Position numbers and translations under genes: made by a program. A stretch of 64,000 nt of DNA from Octopus sinensis (taxonomy: Eukaryota), in assembly GCF_006345805.1 (NCBI RefSeq), contig NC_043011.1, positions 14,582,464 to 14,646,463 on the forward strand, given 5' to 3'. The notes below the pieces were generated by a model. That model was not told the DNA's origin, searched no databases, and worked only from the letters and a program-made list of their open reading frames with translations. Positions 51,552 through 64,000 of this stretch are shown here, piece after piece. Positions within the stretch are counted from its first letter, which is position 1. Each line of letters begins with the position of its first letter.

Positions 51552-54500
51552 TGATAATGCATTGAATGTTCATTAAATGAACAGTGGTAATGCATTGAAT
51601 GTTCATTAAATGAACAGTGGTAATGCATTGAATGTTCATTAAATGAACAGTGGTAATGCATTAAATGTTCATTAAATGAACAGTGGTAATGCATTGAATG
51701 TTCATTAAATGAACAGTGGTAATGCATTGAATGTTCATTAAATGAACGGTGGTAATGCATTGAATGTTCATTAAATGAACGGTGGTAATGCATTGAATGT
51801 TCATTAAATGAACGGTGGTAATGCATTGAATATTCATTAAATGAACGGTGGTAATGCATTGAATGTTCATTAAATGAACGGTGGTAATGCATTGAATGTT
51901 CATTAAATGAACGGTGGTAATGCATTGATTGTTCATTAAATGAACGGTGGTAATGCATTGATTGTTCATTAAATGAACAGTGGTAATGCATTGAATGTTC
52001 ATTAAATGAACGGTGGTAATGCATTGAATGTTCATTAAATGAACGGTGGTAATGCATTGAATGTTCATTAAATGAACGGTGGTAATGCATTGAATGTTCA
52101 TTAAATGAACGGTGGTAATGCATTGAATGTTCATTAAATGAACGGTGGTAATGCATTGAATGTTCATTAAATGAACGGTGGTAATGCATTGATTGTTCAT
52201 TAAATGAACGGTGGTAATGCATTGAATGTTCATTAAATGAACGGTGGTAATGCATTGAATGTTCATTAAATGAACAGTGGTAATGCATTGAATGTTCATT
52301 AAATGAACAGTGGTAATGCATTGAATGTTCATTAAATGAACAGTGGTAATGCATTGAATGTTCATTAAATAAACAGTGGTAATGCATTGAATGTTCATTA
52401 AATGAACAGTGGTAACGCATTGAATGTTCATTAAATGAACAGTGGTAACGCATTGAATGTTCATTAAATGAACAGTGGTAACGCATTGAATGTTCATTAA
52501 ATGAACAGTGGTAACGCATTGAATGTTCATTAAATGAACAGTGGTAACGCATTGAATGATCATTAAATGAACAGTGGTAACGCATTGAATGTTCATTAAA
52601 TGAACAGTGGTAACGCATTAGATGTTCATTAAATGAACAGTGGTAACGCATTGAATGTTCATAAATGAACAGTCGTAACGCATTGAATGTTCATTAAATG
52701 AACAGTGGTAATGCATTGAATGTTCATTAAATGAACAGTGGTAATGCATTAAATGTTCATTAAATGAACAGTGGTAATGCATTGAATGTTCATTAAATGA
52801 ACAGTGGTAATGCATTGAATGTTCATTAAATGAACAGTCGTAACGCATTGAATGTTCATTAAATGAACAGTGGTAATGCATTGAATGTTCATTAAATGAA
52901 CAGTGGTAATGCATTAAATGTTCATTAAATGAACAGTGGTAATGCATTGAATGTTCATTAAATGAACAGTGGTAATGCATTGAATGTTCATTAAATGAAC
53001 AGTGGTAATGCATTGAATGTTCATTAAATGAACAGTGGTAATGCATTGAATGTTCATTAAATGAACAGTGGTAATGCATTAAATGTTCATTAAATGAACA
53101 GTGGTAATGCATTGAATGTTCATTAAATGAACAGTGGTAATGCATTGAATGTTCATTAAATGAACAGTGGTAATGCATTGAATGTTCATTAAATGAACAG
53201 TGGTAATGCATTGAATGTTCATTAAATGAACAGTGGTAATGCATTGAATGTTCATTAAATGAACAGTGGTAATGCATTGAATGTTCATTAAATGAACAGT
53301 GGTAACGCATTGAATGTTCATTAAATGAACAGTGGTAACGCATTGAATGTTCATTAAATGAACAGTGGTAACGCATTGAATGTTCATTAAATGAACAGTG
53401 GTAACGCATTGAATGTTCATTAAATGATCAGTGGTAACGCATTGAATGTTCATTAAATGAACAGTGGTAACGCATTAAATGTTCATTAAATGAACAGTGG
53501 TAACGCATTAAATGTTCATTAAATGAAAAGTGGTAACGCATTGAATGTTCATTAAATGAACAGTGGTAACGCATTGAACGTTCATTAAATGAACAGTGGT
53601 AACGCATTGAACGTTCATTAAATGAACAGTGGTAATGCATTGAATGTTCATTAAATGAACAGTGGTAACGCATTGAATGTTCATAAATGAACAGTGGTAA
53701 CGCATTGAATGTTCATTAAATGAACAGTGGTAATGCATTGAATGTTCATTAAATGAACAGTGGTAATGCATTGAATGTTCATTAAATGAACAGTGGTAAT
53801 GCATTAAATGTTCATTAAATGAACAGTGGTAATGCATTAAATGTTCATTAAATGAACAGTGGTAATGCATTAATGTTCATTAAATGAACAGTGGTAATCC
53901 ATTGAATGTTCATTAAATGAACAGTGGTAATGCATTAAATGTTCATTAAATGAACAGTGGTAATGCATTGAATGTTCATTAAATGAACAGTGGTAACGCA
54001 TTGAATGTTCATTAAATGAACAGTGGTAACGCATTGAATGTTCATAAATGAACAGTGGTAATGCATTGAATGTTCATTAAATGAACAGTGGTAATGCATT
54101 AAATGTTCATTAAATGAACAGTGGTAATGCATTGAATGTTCATTAAATGAACAGTGGTAATGCATTAATGTTCATTAAATGACAGTGGTAATGCATTAAA
54201 TGTTCATTAAATGAACAGTGGTAATGCATTAAATGTTCATTAAATGAACAGTGGTAATCCATTGAATGTTCATTAAATGAACAGTGGTAATGCATTAAAT
54301 GTTCATTAAATGATCAGTGGTAACGCATTGAATGTTCATTAAATGAACAGTGGTAACGCATTGAATGTTCATTAAATGAACAGTGGTAATGCATTAAATG
54401 TTCATTAAATGATCAGTGGTAACGCATTGAATGTTCATTAAATGAACAGTGGTAACGCATTAAATGTTCATTAAATGAACAGTGGTAACGCATTAAATGT

Positions 54501-56119
54501 TCATTAAATGAACAGTGGTAACGCATTGAATGTTCATTAAATGAACAGTGGTAACGCATTGAACGTTCATTAAATGAACAGTGGTAACGCATTGAACGTT
54601 CATTAAATGAACAGTGGTAATGCATTGAATGTTCATTAAATGAACAGTGGTAACGCATTGAATGTTCATTAAATGAACAGTGGTAACGCATTGAATGTTC
54701 ATAAATGAACAGTGGTAATGCATTGAATGTTCATTAAATGAACAGTGGTAATGCATTAAATGTTCATTAAATGAACAGTGGTAATGCATTGAATGTTTAT
54801 TAAATGAACAGTGGTAATGCATTAAATGTTCATTAAATGAACAGTGGTAATGCATTAAATGTTCATTAAATGAACAGTGGTAATGCATTAAATGTTCATT
54901 AAATGAACAGTGGTAATCCATTGAATGTTCATTAAATGAACAGTGGTAATGCATTAAATGTTCATTAAATGAACAGTGGTAATGCATTGAATGTTCATTA
55001 AATGAACAGTGGTAACGCATTGAATGTTCATTAAATGAACAGTGGTAACGCATTGAATGTTCATAAATGAACAGTGGTAATGCATTGAATGTTCATTAAA
55101 TGAACAGTGGTAATGCATTAAATGTTCATTAAATGAACAGTGGTAATGCATTGAATGTTCATTAAATGAACAGTGGTAATGCATTAAATGTTCATTAAAT
55201 GAACAGTGGTAATGCATTAATGTTCATTAAATGAACAGTGGTAATGCATTAAATGTTCATTAAATGAACAGTGGTAATCCATTGAATGTTCATTAAATGA
55301 ACAGTGGTAATGCATTAAATGTTCATTAAATGAACAGTGGTAATGCATTGAATGTTCATTAAATGAACAGTGGTAACGCATTGAATGTTCATTAAATGAA
55401 CAGTGGTAACGCATTGAATGTTCATAAATGAACAGTGGTAATGCATTGAATGTTCATTAAATGAACAGTGGTAATGCATTAAATGTTCATTAAATGAACA
55501 GTGGTAATGCATTGAATGTTCATTAAATGAACAGTGGTAATGCATTAAATGTTCATTAAATGAACAGTGGTAATGCATTAAATGTTCATTAAATGAACAG
55601 TGGTAACGCATTGAATGTTCATTAAATGAACAGTGGTAATGCATTGAATGTTCATTAAATGAACAGTGGTAATGCATTAAATGTTCATTAAATGAACAGT
55701 GGTAATGCATTGAATGTTCATTAAATGAACAGTGGTAATGCATTGAATGTTCATTAAATGAACAGTGGTAATGCATTGAATGTTCATTAATTGAACAGTG
55801 GTAATGCATTGAATGTTCATTAAATGAACAGTGGTAATGCATTGAATGTTCATTAAATGAACAGTGGTAATGCATTGAATGTTCATTAAATGAACAGTGG
55901 TAATGCATTAAATGTTCATTAAATGAACAGTGGTAATGCATTGAATGTTCATTAAATGAACAGTGGTAATGCATTGAATGTTCATTAAATGAACAGTGGT
56001 AATGCATTGAATGTTCATTAAATGAACAGTGGTAATGCATTAAATGTTCATTAAATGAACAGTGGTAATGCATTGAATGTTCATTAAATGAACAGTGGTA
56101 ATGCATTAAATGTTCATTA
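51552..56119. repeat. 33-bp minisatellite, ~138 units (aatgcattgaatgttcattaaatgaacagtggt)
   Basis: Homogeneous tandem array with clustered point variants and occasional 32-bp units. Confidence 0.98.
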
Positions 56120-56179
56120 TATTTCGTAAGGCCGTTCAGAAAGTTTGTATCCTTTAATGCTGTTTACTAACACATCCAG

Positions 56180-56277
<98 letters not shown>
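56180..56277. repeat. (TCTA)n microsatellite
   Basis: Directly visible. Confidence 0.95.
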
Positions 56278-56679
56278 CTTGTAAATATGTGGATATGCAT
56301 ATATATATATATACATATATGTATGTATATTTCGTTTTTGGATTTGCTTTGCAAGATTCTTTATATGAGTTCGTGTGTTGAAGCATATTCTGTTGTGTCT
56401 GGCAAGACATTGAGAAACACCGTGTTCTGCTATCTGAAAATCAAGATAGCTACGCGACAGCTCCACTTCATAAAAGAGAGTCAAGACTATTGAAAAGGTT
56501 GCAACACGCAACGAAAATTTTAGAAAATAAAAATAAGAAATAAGTGGAAATTTTACCGGTGAGTGTGTTAAATAATAAGGCACTAAAAGAGAATGACTCT
56601 CCCCAGGCACAACAGTATATACATACACACACACACAAACACACACACAGACACACACACACACACACACAACACACAT

Positions 56680-56712
<33 letters not shown>

Positions 56713-57069
56713 AATACCCGCAAACACTCACATATTCATAAACATATTGCGTTGAAGCAAAATTTCGTACAGTTTTCTAGTTGGTGGTGTAAACGCCACC
56801 AACACATGATTTCCCTGTTAACGTAACAGAAGCACATCAAATATATACATATATGTTCTGAAAGTTGATATTTCTCTATAATTGCCCTGTGGATAATTTA
56901 TATGGTTTATTTCAACTGTTGTTATGTTAACAGTAAAAATTGGTGGAAATGAGATATATCTTTGTCATTTGATGTTCTTATATTTCCGGAAAATAAAAAA
57001 ATACATAAAACGAGGGAAAATATTTGTGAAGCTTATGGAGATTTTTGCCATAGTTGGGAGGATTGTATG

Positions 57070-57257
57070 TCATCATCATCATCATTGTTCGACCGTGGTC
57101 GAGACAATGGAATTCACCATGCTACGCCAGACTTCACGGTCCATCATAGCATTACGGAGGTCCTGTTGCTGGAAGCCTGTATCCCTGGAGATTACATCAG
57201 GTCAGGAGAGTGTGCGCCCTCTGGTACTGCGAGTAGATGGCTTCCAGAGGAGATGAG
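57070..57257 (-). mobile_element. 3' end of an RTE/RTE-X-like LINE
   Basis: LWKPSTRSTRGRTLS*PDVISRDTGFQQQDLRNAMMDREVWRSMV followed by a (TGA)n tail. Confidence 0.7.
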
Positions 57258-57269
57258 TAGCAACGATTC

Positions 57270-57492
57270 TTATTTCTTTATTGCCCACAAGGGGCTAAAC
57301 ATAGAGGGGACAAACAAGGGGATTAAATCGATTACATCGACCCCAGTGCGTAACTGGTACTTAATTTATCGAACCCGAAAGGATGAAAGGGAAAGTCGAC
57401 CTCGGCGCAATTTGAACTCAGAACGTAGCGGCAGGCGAAATACCGCTAAGCATTTTGCCCGGCGTGCTAACGATTCTGCCAGCTCGCCACTT
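57270..57492 (-). mobile_element. SINE family A
   Basis: Full head and body. Confidence 0.85.
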
Positions 57493-58280
57493 TAGCTATG
57501 AGCATAATATTAGGAATGGGTACTGTTAGTTTCGACTGTACGATTCTACGTTTTAGGAGAAAATTGGTTGAGATATATGGTACTTAAGAGTCTTTTGGAG
57601 ATTTGTCAGTAAGCAAAGTTAAATATTTTCTTTTCAAATAAGAATTCAACTTCGCTGTTTATTTTGGAAATTACTTATACATACACTGATACATACACAA
57701 ATTGAAGGGCAGACACACACACACGCGCGCGCGCACACACACACACACGCACGCACACACACACATGCATACACACACACACACACACATACACAAACTC
57801 TCCCATACAACACGTACGCAAGTCTAATTAATATTTTCTATTCCTGATAATTTCAGACAACTTGAAATAGAAACCTCGCAGGGGTTAATAAAAATTAAAT
57901 GACATTAAGATCTTTGTAGTTTCCAGTGTGCTGGAAATAGTACCAAGTTTTAAGAAATTTAATTAATTTCAACTTTTTATTATTAATGTTATTTTTGATT
58001 CAATCATAAGTTGGTATCATTTTATAACCTGTCGTCTTTGTGGTGTCCTCTATTTCATCTTCAAAAATTATCTTAATTTCAATTAACTGACTGAATATAC
58101 ATACATATATATATATATATATATAATATATATATATATGCGTGTGCTTGTGTGTGTGTGTGTGTGCGTGTGTGTGTGTATGGGTGTGTGTGTAAATGTA
58201 TATATAAATATACACTCATATACAACAACATATACATATATATGTGTGTGTGCGCGCGCGTGTCAATATATGTATGCTGT

Positions 58281-58580
58281 TGTTCGTTCCTTCTCGAGCC
58301 ATGCCTGGCTCATAAGGGCCGGTTTCCCGGTTTTAAGGCGTATAGGTTCCCCACCTGGACGGGACGCCGGTCCATCGCAGGTGAGCTGCAGGATGCAGGA
58401 AGAAAGAGTGAGAGAAAGTTGTGGCGAAAGAGTCAGCAGAAGTTTCGCCATAACCTTCTGCCGGAGCCGCGTGGAGCTTAGGTGTTTCGCTCATAAACAC
58501 ACATTGTCCGGTCTGAGATTCGAACCCGCGATCCCTCGACCGCGAGTCCGCTGCTCTAACCACTAGGCCATGTGCCTCCA
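58281..58580 (-). mobile_element. Family C SINE, tail type 4 (V-domain-like)
   Basis: tRNA head ggaggcacatggcctagtggttagagc; cctgcgatggaccggcgtcccgtccagg resembles the V-SINE domain; near-identical copy at 63395. Confidence 0.85.
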
Positions 58581-59523
58581 CGTGTCTATGTATGTATGCA
58601 TGTAAGTATGTATGAATTGGAAACTTATGTAAAACATTATATATGATGAAGCCGCCTACTGCTTAAATCTAAATGCTTTCTTACCTACCTTGGCACGTTT
58701 GCTTACAATCGGAAGGCAGTTTATCTCTGTGTTAGTTCAGCTAGTTGGACAATTAGAAAACTGTGTGTGGCTCAAAGTATTATATGACAACTAATACTCA
58801 GATTTATAAAGACAATACGAAAAGCTAACGTATATATCGCTCGGAAAAGAAATAAGCCTTCAAATATAGAGAGAGATTATAAGAAACATGTTCCGATTCA
58901 TTATTCGTAGATAATAGAATGCATAAAGTCGATAAGTATTGCAAGAAGCTGTGAAAATCGATATTAAGAAACAGAAAGAAAAAAAAGAGAGAGAGAGAGA
59001 ATTATGCTTTCTGGGAAATTTTAAAGTATGTATTAATGGGAAACCGATCCCAAACGACTTGCTTTCAAAGTAAGGAAGCTATTCACTAATCCGTAAGTGA
59101 TCACAGAGAAGCTTTAGTTAGAGATAAACGGGTTAAGCAGACGGTAGCTCGAGAAACACAACTACACAGACTCCATAACGAAAGTGTGTAATCCTAGAAA
59201 TACTCTATATGCGTATGAGAGAAGTAAACATATTTCAATGGAATGTTAACAGAATATCATGGTCTAATATGTATGCCCGGTTTAAAATATCTCACGTCAG
59301 TTTCACTTTCACTTCTAATACTGTGGCATGAATGTCACATATATATATATGCATGAGCGTCATATATATTCACACCAACTCACAGACACAGTACTTACAC
59401 ATATACACGCGCAAACGTACACACAACGTACTCACATGTGCATGCTATTTTCTTTTCTCTAAAGTACGCGTTGTGTGTATTTATGTAAGTAATTATATAT
59501 TGTAGACAATAATAACTTGGTAC

Positions 59524-59564
<41 letters not shown>

Positions 59565-59620
59565 AAGAGACAAATAGATAGACAGACAGATAGACAGGTA
59601 GATAACTATACATACATGTC

Positions 59621-59668
<48 letters not shown>

Positions 59669-59793
59669 GCTATTACAATGTATATGTAAATATACAGCCA
59701 GACAGTCAGCCAGCCAGAAAGAAAGATAGGTAACTATACATACATGTCTACACACACACACATACACACACACTCACACCTACACACACACAC

Positions 59794-59826
<33 letters not shown>

Positions 59827-60774
59827 TAACTATCTATCACACATGTAGATGTAAATATCTATTGATATATTTTCATACATACTCGTTGCATGGTCTGTCG
59901 TTAAAATGGTAATTTAATTCTCCACAAGAAACTACCCCTATTTTCCGTTCATGAATCAAAGGCATGTTTTTTCTATATTCAATAATTAGTGTAGATCATT
60001 AAGTTAGTTCATTAATGTTTGGAGTGACCGAACGTAGCAACTTTGAAGTATAATCAAATTTTTTGTGTAATATAACTGGTTGAACTATTTAGAAAATATC
60101 GAGGAGCATGACAAAGAGACTTCAAGTATATATATAAAAAAAAGAAGGTTTGCCGAGTTTAAAAAGAAATATCAAATAGTCGATTTGTATAGAGGGAAAA
60201 TTACTTTTTCTCATCTCCAATAAATTGGTTTTGAATATCAAGACTTGTTCAAAGTTGATTGCAAGTGACGAACATAGCTCTACGACTCCCTTCTTCACAT
60301 CGTCTCTCAAAGATAAATTAACTGATGAAGACCAAGGTTTCCAAGTAACAGTCGTTGAAAATGTAGAATTCAGACCTGCTAGTTAACCAACATGTCAACA
60401 ATATTTGTTTCAGTGTATCAGGCAGCGTAGAGATTTATTGTAACCTTGGCTATTTGAGAATTAAGTGTATTAGCCATGGACTTAGCATAGCGCAAATAAC
60501 TGAAAATATACTACAAAGAATTCGTAACTGACCGCCATTCTATCGATTTTACAGATGAAGAGTTTTAAATCTCAAATATATACATATATCTACAATAATA
60601 AATTTCTGGACGAGGTATATTTGCCATCTCAATATGGCTAACCACTAAGGGTGGATGTTACTATAACTTGTAGCCCCAGGAGAACATCTTCTCCCGCTGG
60701 CTATTGACACACTTTCTGTGCCCTATCGGTATTTGCAAAGGGAACTCATCCTTCCCTCGTCAACCCAAGTGATA

Positions 60775-60817
60775 CGCACGGACTGTAGTATCTGGGTATT
60801 GACCCGTCATCAGCGCA

Positions 60818-60819
<2 letters not shown>
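60775..60819 (-). ncRNA. Type I hammerhead with one core substitution (GAAA to GATA)
   Basis: gtgcg-CTGATGA-c-ggg(tcaata)ccc-a-GATA-ctacag-TC-cgtgc; downstream sequence is homologous to that of the 30565 ribozyme. Confidence 0.7.
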
Positions 60820-60857
<38 letters not shown>

Positions 60858-60859
<2 letters not shown>

Positions 60860-60950
60860 CAACAATTGATGGTAAAATTAATTAATCAATTTCACCAAGT
60901 GTTCAGTATGTAAAAGGACCATTTACGGCGAATTCATTTTACTAAGCCCT
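60858..60950 (-). mobile_element. Short PLE pseudo-LTR 3'-end fragment between (TA)n tracts
   Basis: Diverged reverse complement of 40981-41100. Confidence 0.75.
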
Positions 60951-60953
60951 AAT

Positions 60954-61069
<116 letters not shown>

Positions 61070-61096
61070 AATATATATATATATATAGCTAGTATA

Positions 61097-61285
61097 AAGG
61101 CGGCGATTTGGCTGAATCGTCAGCACGCCGAGCAAAATGGTTAGCGGCAATTCGTCCATCTTTACGTTCTGAGTTCAAATTCCGCCAGGGTCGACTTTAC
61201 CTCTCATCCTTTCGGAGTACTGGGGTCCATGTAAGAGACATGCCCCTCCCTTGAAATTGCTGACCTTGTACCAAAAATTGAAAGT
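61097..61285 (+). mobile_element. SINE family A
   Basis: aaggcggcga head, B box and tail. Confidence 0.8.
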
Positions 61286-62405
61286 TTTATATTTTTAACA
61301 GTACGTGAAGATACGTGTTTAGCAGAGTTAGCTATGAACGGTACTATCGTAGCACAGTCCACCCAACGATATAGTCAAAGGTTGCTTGCAAACGAAAGTC
61401 TTACAAATCGGAGATTTGTGTCTGACCTTATTGAGCATAAAATAAATATACACAAGACAAACAAGAAAAAAGAAACAAATTCTAATAATATGACAAATAA
61501 TTCTCTTTCAGAAATACTTTAACCATAAAATGTCGAGTAAATAAAAATACAGATATGACATCTGAAAGCTCATCAATTCTTTATTTCGTAGCAAAACTTT
61601 AATATGAATTTTAACACTTGTATATAACAACGAATTTGGGGGGAAAAAATTATTGGCGAGTTGAACCCAATTTGTGATTGACGAATGGTTTATCGAAGCT
61701 GAGTCGATAAAAGATAAAGTTGGACCGTAGGAAGAATTTAAAATTTAAAAGCCCTCTGTCCTTAACAGCATTAATACTGGTAATGGCCGACCGGTTATAA
61801 AGTTGGGTTAATGATCACGTGAATTGGGATTTGATCCCAATGCAAAATAATTTTGATAAGTGACTTCTGTCATGTTCCCAGGGGGACCGGCTCAAAGGAG
61901 TGTGAGTGGAATTGAGTAGACGGAAAGAGTAGAGGTGCCCAAAGGACAGATTGTATTTGTTCATTATTAATAGACTTTATTCTCACTTGTTTACCTGTAT
62001 CAGATATACCAGGTATCTCACCTGAGATTTGACTGATACAATAATTCGCTGCTTCATACTGCAGAAACCTGTGAATCCCGTTTTCGTCCCTTTACGAAAC
62101 AGCCTCTAACACCACATCTGTCTTGGGGGCTATTCAAGTGTCATATGCACACACCTTCTGGCTCTGTTTGTATGTATGCATGTGTGTGTATGTCTATGTA
62201 AGTATGTCAGTGTTTGTCCCTCACCACAACTTGACAAACGGTGTTGGCGTGTGGGTTCCCATAACTTAGCGGTTTGGCTAAAGAGTCCGATACGATAAGT
62301 ACTAGGCTTTAAAAATAAGTCCCGAGGTCGATTTTTTCAACTAAAACTCTTGAAGGCGGTGCCCCACCATAGCCAGTTAAATGAGTGAAATAAATAAGAT
62401 AAAAA

Positions 62406-62621
62406 TACTTTTTCTACTCTAGGCACAAGGCCCGAAATCTTTGGGGAGAGGGCCAGTCCATTAGATCGACCCCGGTACGCAACTGGTTCTTAATTTATTG
62501 ACCCCAAATGGATGAAAGGCAAAGTTGATCTTGGCGGAATTTGAATTCGGAACGTAACGGCAGACGAAATACGGCTACGCATTTCGCCCGGCGTGCTAAC
62601 GACTCTGCCTGCTCGCCGCCT
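62406..62621 (-). mobile_element. SINE family A (tacttttctactctagg tail variant)
   Basis: Same tail as the 15345 copy; aagataaaaat flanks both sides. Confidence 0.85.
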
Positions 62622-63394
62622 AGCAAAAGATAAAAATTACAATGGAAATGGTTTCGCACTTACATAAACTAACAAGCAGACAACTTTAGACAGTCAAGCT
62701 GTCTTTCTATCTTTTGACAAACTTTCTGTTTACAGGATTCTTGTTTCAAATCTAACAATAATTGTTTCCAAGTAAATTTCTTATCATCTTCCTTAGACCT
62801 ACATCTTTTTGAAAAAATTTCAATTCTTCAAAATTCCTATAAAATTTCTTAGACATAAACTTGTTAATTCCATATGTCGTTGGAAGTAACAGATTGCCGA
62901 TCATTTGCTATTTCAACCGTTAACATTTCTTCAAAACTTCCTTCAACAAATTAGCGTTCTACAGAAAAGTAACCGTAAATTCGATATATTGAAAAATAAT
63001 AAGCTTCATTTTATGTAGAATGTTGTATTCCAATTAACATACATTTGAACTTTTAGATTATATGGCTTGTCACGTATCTGCAACAGATACGATAGGATGG
63101 AGAGGCTAAAAATATACAAGTGATCAACAAAGATAGAAAAACACATTGGAGATGGGCTAACATAATGAAGTTAAGTAAACATATCCGTGCGTGTGTGTTA
63201 ATTATAGACAGACAAACATATAGATATGTATGTATGTATATATGTGTCAATGTATGTATGTATGTATGCTACTATTCAGTTTTATTTCAAGATATCTTGC
63301 TAATAGAGAAAGAGCCGGTTTCTAACCTAGATCAAAGGCTCCTTCGTTGGAATTTCAACCATACCAACAGAGTACTTGTGTTGTTTTGTTGTCT

Positions 63395-63692
63395 GTTCCT
63401 TCTCGAGCCATGCCTGGCTCATAAGGGCTGGTTTCCCGGTTTCCTTGGTGTATAGGTTCCCCACCTGGACGGGACGCCGGTCCATCGCAGGTGAGCTGCA
63501 AGATGCAGGAGGAAAGACTGAGAGAAAGTTGTGGCGAAAGAGTCAGCAGAAGTTTCGCCATAACCTTCTGCCGGAGCCGCGTGGAGCTTAGGTGTTTTCG
63601 CTCATAAACACACACATCGCCCGGTCTGAGATTCGAACCCGCGGTCCCTCGACTGCAAGTCCGCTGCTCTAACAACTAGGCCATGTGCCTCC
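63395..63692 (-). mobile_element. Family C SINE, tail type 4
   Basis: Homologous to 58281-58580; TSD cagagtacttgtg. Confidence 0.88.
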
Positions 63693-63966
63693 AGAGTACT
63701 TGTGCATGTTTGTGTGCATGTGTGCAAAGTTTGGAGTCAGTGCGTTGCAGATCTGTATGTTTTGTTTTATGTATGTATTTTCATGCATATAGCTGCATGT
63801 CTAGATGTGCACATACATAGGGTAAGTGGAAAATAACTAGGCATTAGAAATTGCTCATAGAACTTGTAGTATCACTGAAGTCATGACGTAAAGATTTAAA
63901 AAAAAAACAACACTAATGGGGATTTCTTATTTTCTAATTGTCGTATTTCTTCTTTCCTATTTTCAG

Positions 63967-64000
63967 GATTTTCAGGAGCGAGCTAAGATAGCAGCACGCT
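63967..64000 (+). CDS. Possible start of a host-gene exon, truncated by the window end (DFQERAKIAAR...)
   Basis: Branch-like ttctaat, long pyrimidine tract, ttttcag|G acceptor, then GC-richer sequence with only one open frame; protein not identified. Confidence 0.4.

Noticed and set aside
51497-56106. Long His/Cys-rich ORFs (MHYHCSFNEHS)n and (MNIQCITTVHL)n as a metal-binding or beak-type protein
   Set aside because: The 33-bp period keeps frames open automatically; unit variants are almost all non-synonymous in the His frame and include stops (gatcag) and recurrent frameshifts
51552-56119. CRISPR array (palindromic 33-bp repeat)
   Set aside because: No unique spacers, no cas genes, eukaryotic context
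59036-59098. First coding exon MGNRSQTTCFQ with gtaagg/gtaagt donors
   Set aside because: Splice phase is incompatible with the open frame at 63967 and there is no other support
60323-60355. CTGANGA motifs here and at ~38210, ~44475 and ~51012 as hammerheads
   Set aside because: No correctly placed GAAA or stems I and III
60122-60420. hAT dimerisation-domain relic (SSLAINFEQVLIFKTN)
   Set aside because: One weak motif and no TIRs; too little to call

Overview
AT-rich, microsatellite-laden eukaryotic DNA, almost certainly octopus (coleoid cephalopod), judged from its SINE and Penelope repeat content. It looks intronic or intergenic. No intact protein-coding gene is supportable; the only host-gene signal is a possible + strand exon starting at 63967. 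Nearly all ORFs in the track are microsatellite, minisatellite or TE artefacts. DNA transposons: 12 copies of a ~420-450 bp GG...CC MITE with 8-bp TSDs and internal telomeric repeats, a full-length dead mariner, two non-autonomous Helitrons and Tc1/pogo MITEs. Retroelements: several tRNA-SINE families (including concatemers and tail-swapped variants), R4/Dong-like and RTE-like LINE relics, and at least three Penelope-like elements (PLEs). There is also a 4.6-kb 33-bp minisatellite. The most interesting layer is RNA structure tied to PLE pseudo-LTRs: five type I hammerhead ribozyme motifs plus variants (three share a C-A pair at the base of stem II), two separate structured-RNA modules supported by compensatory changes between copies, two ~100-120 bp-arm fold-back palindromes, and a Hydra-type PLE with TGA codons at two conserved Cys positions.
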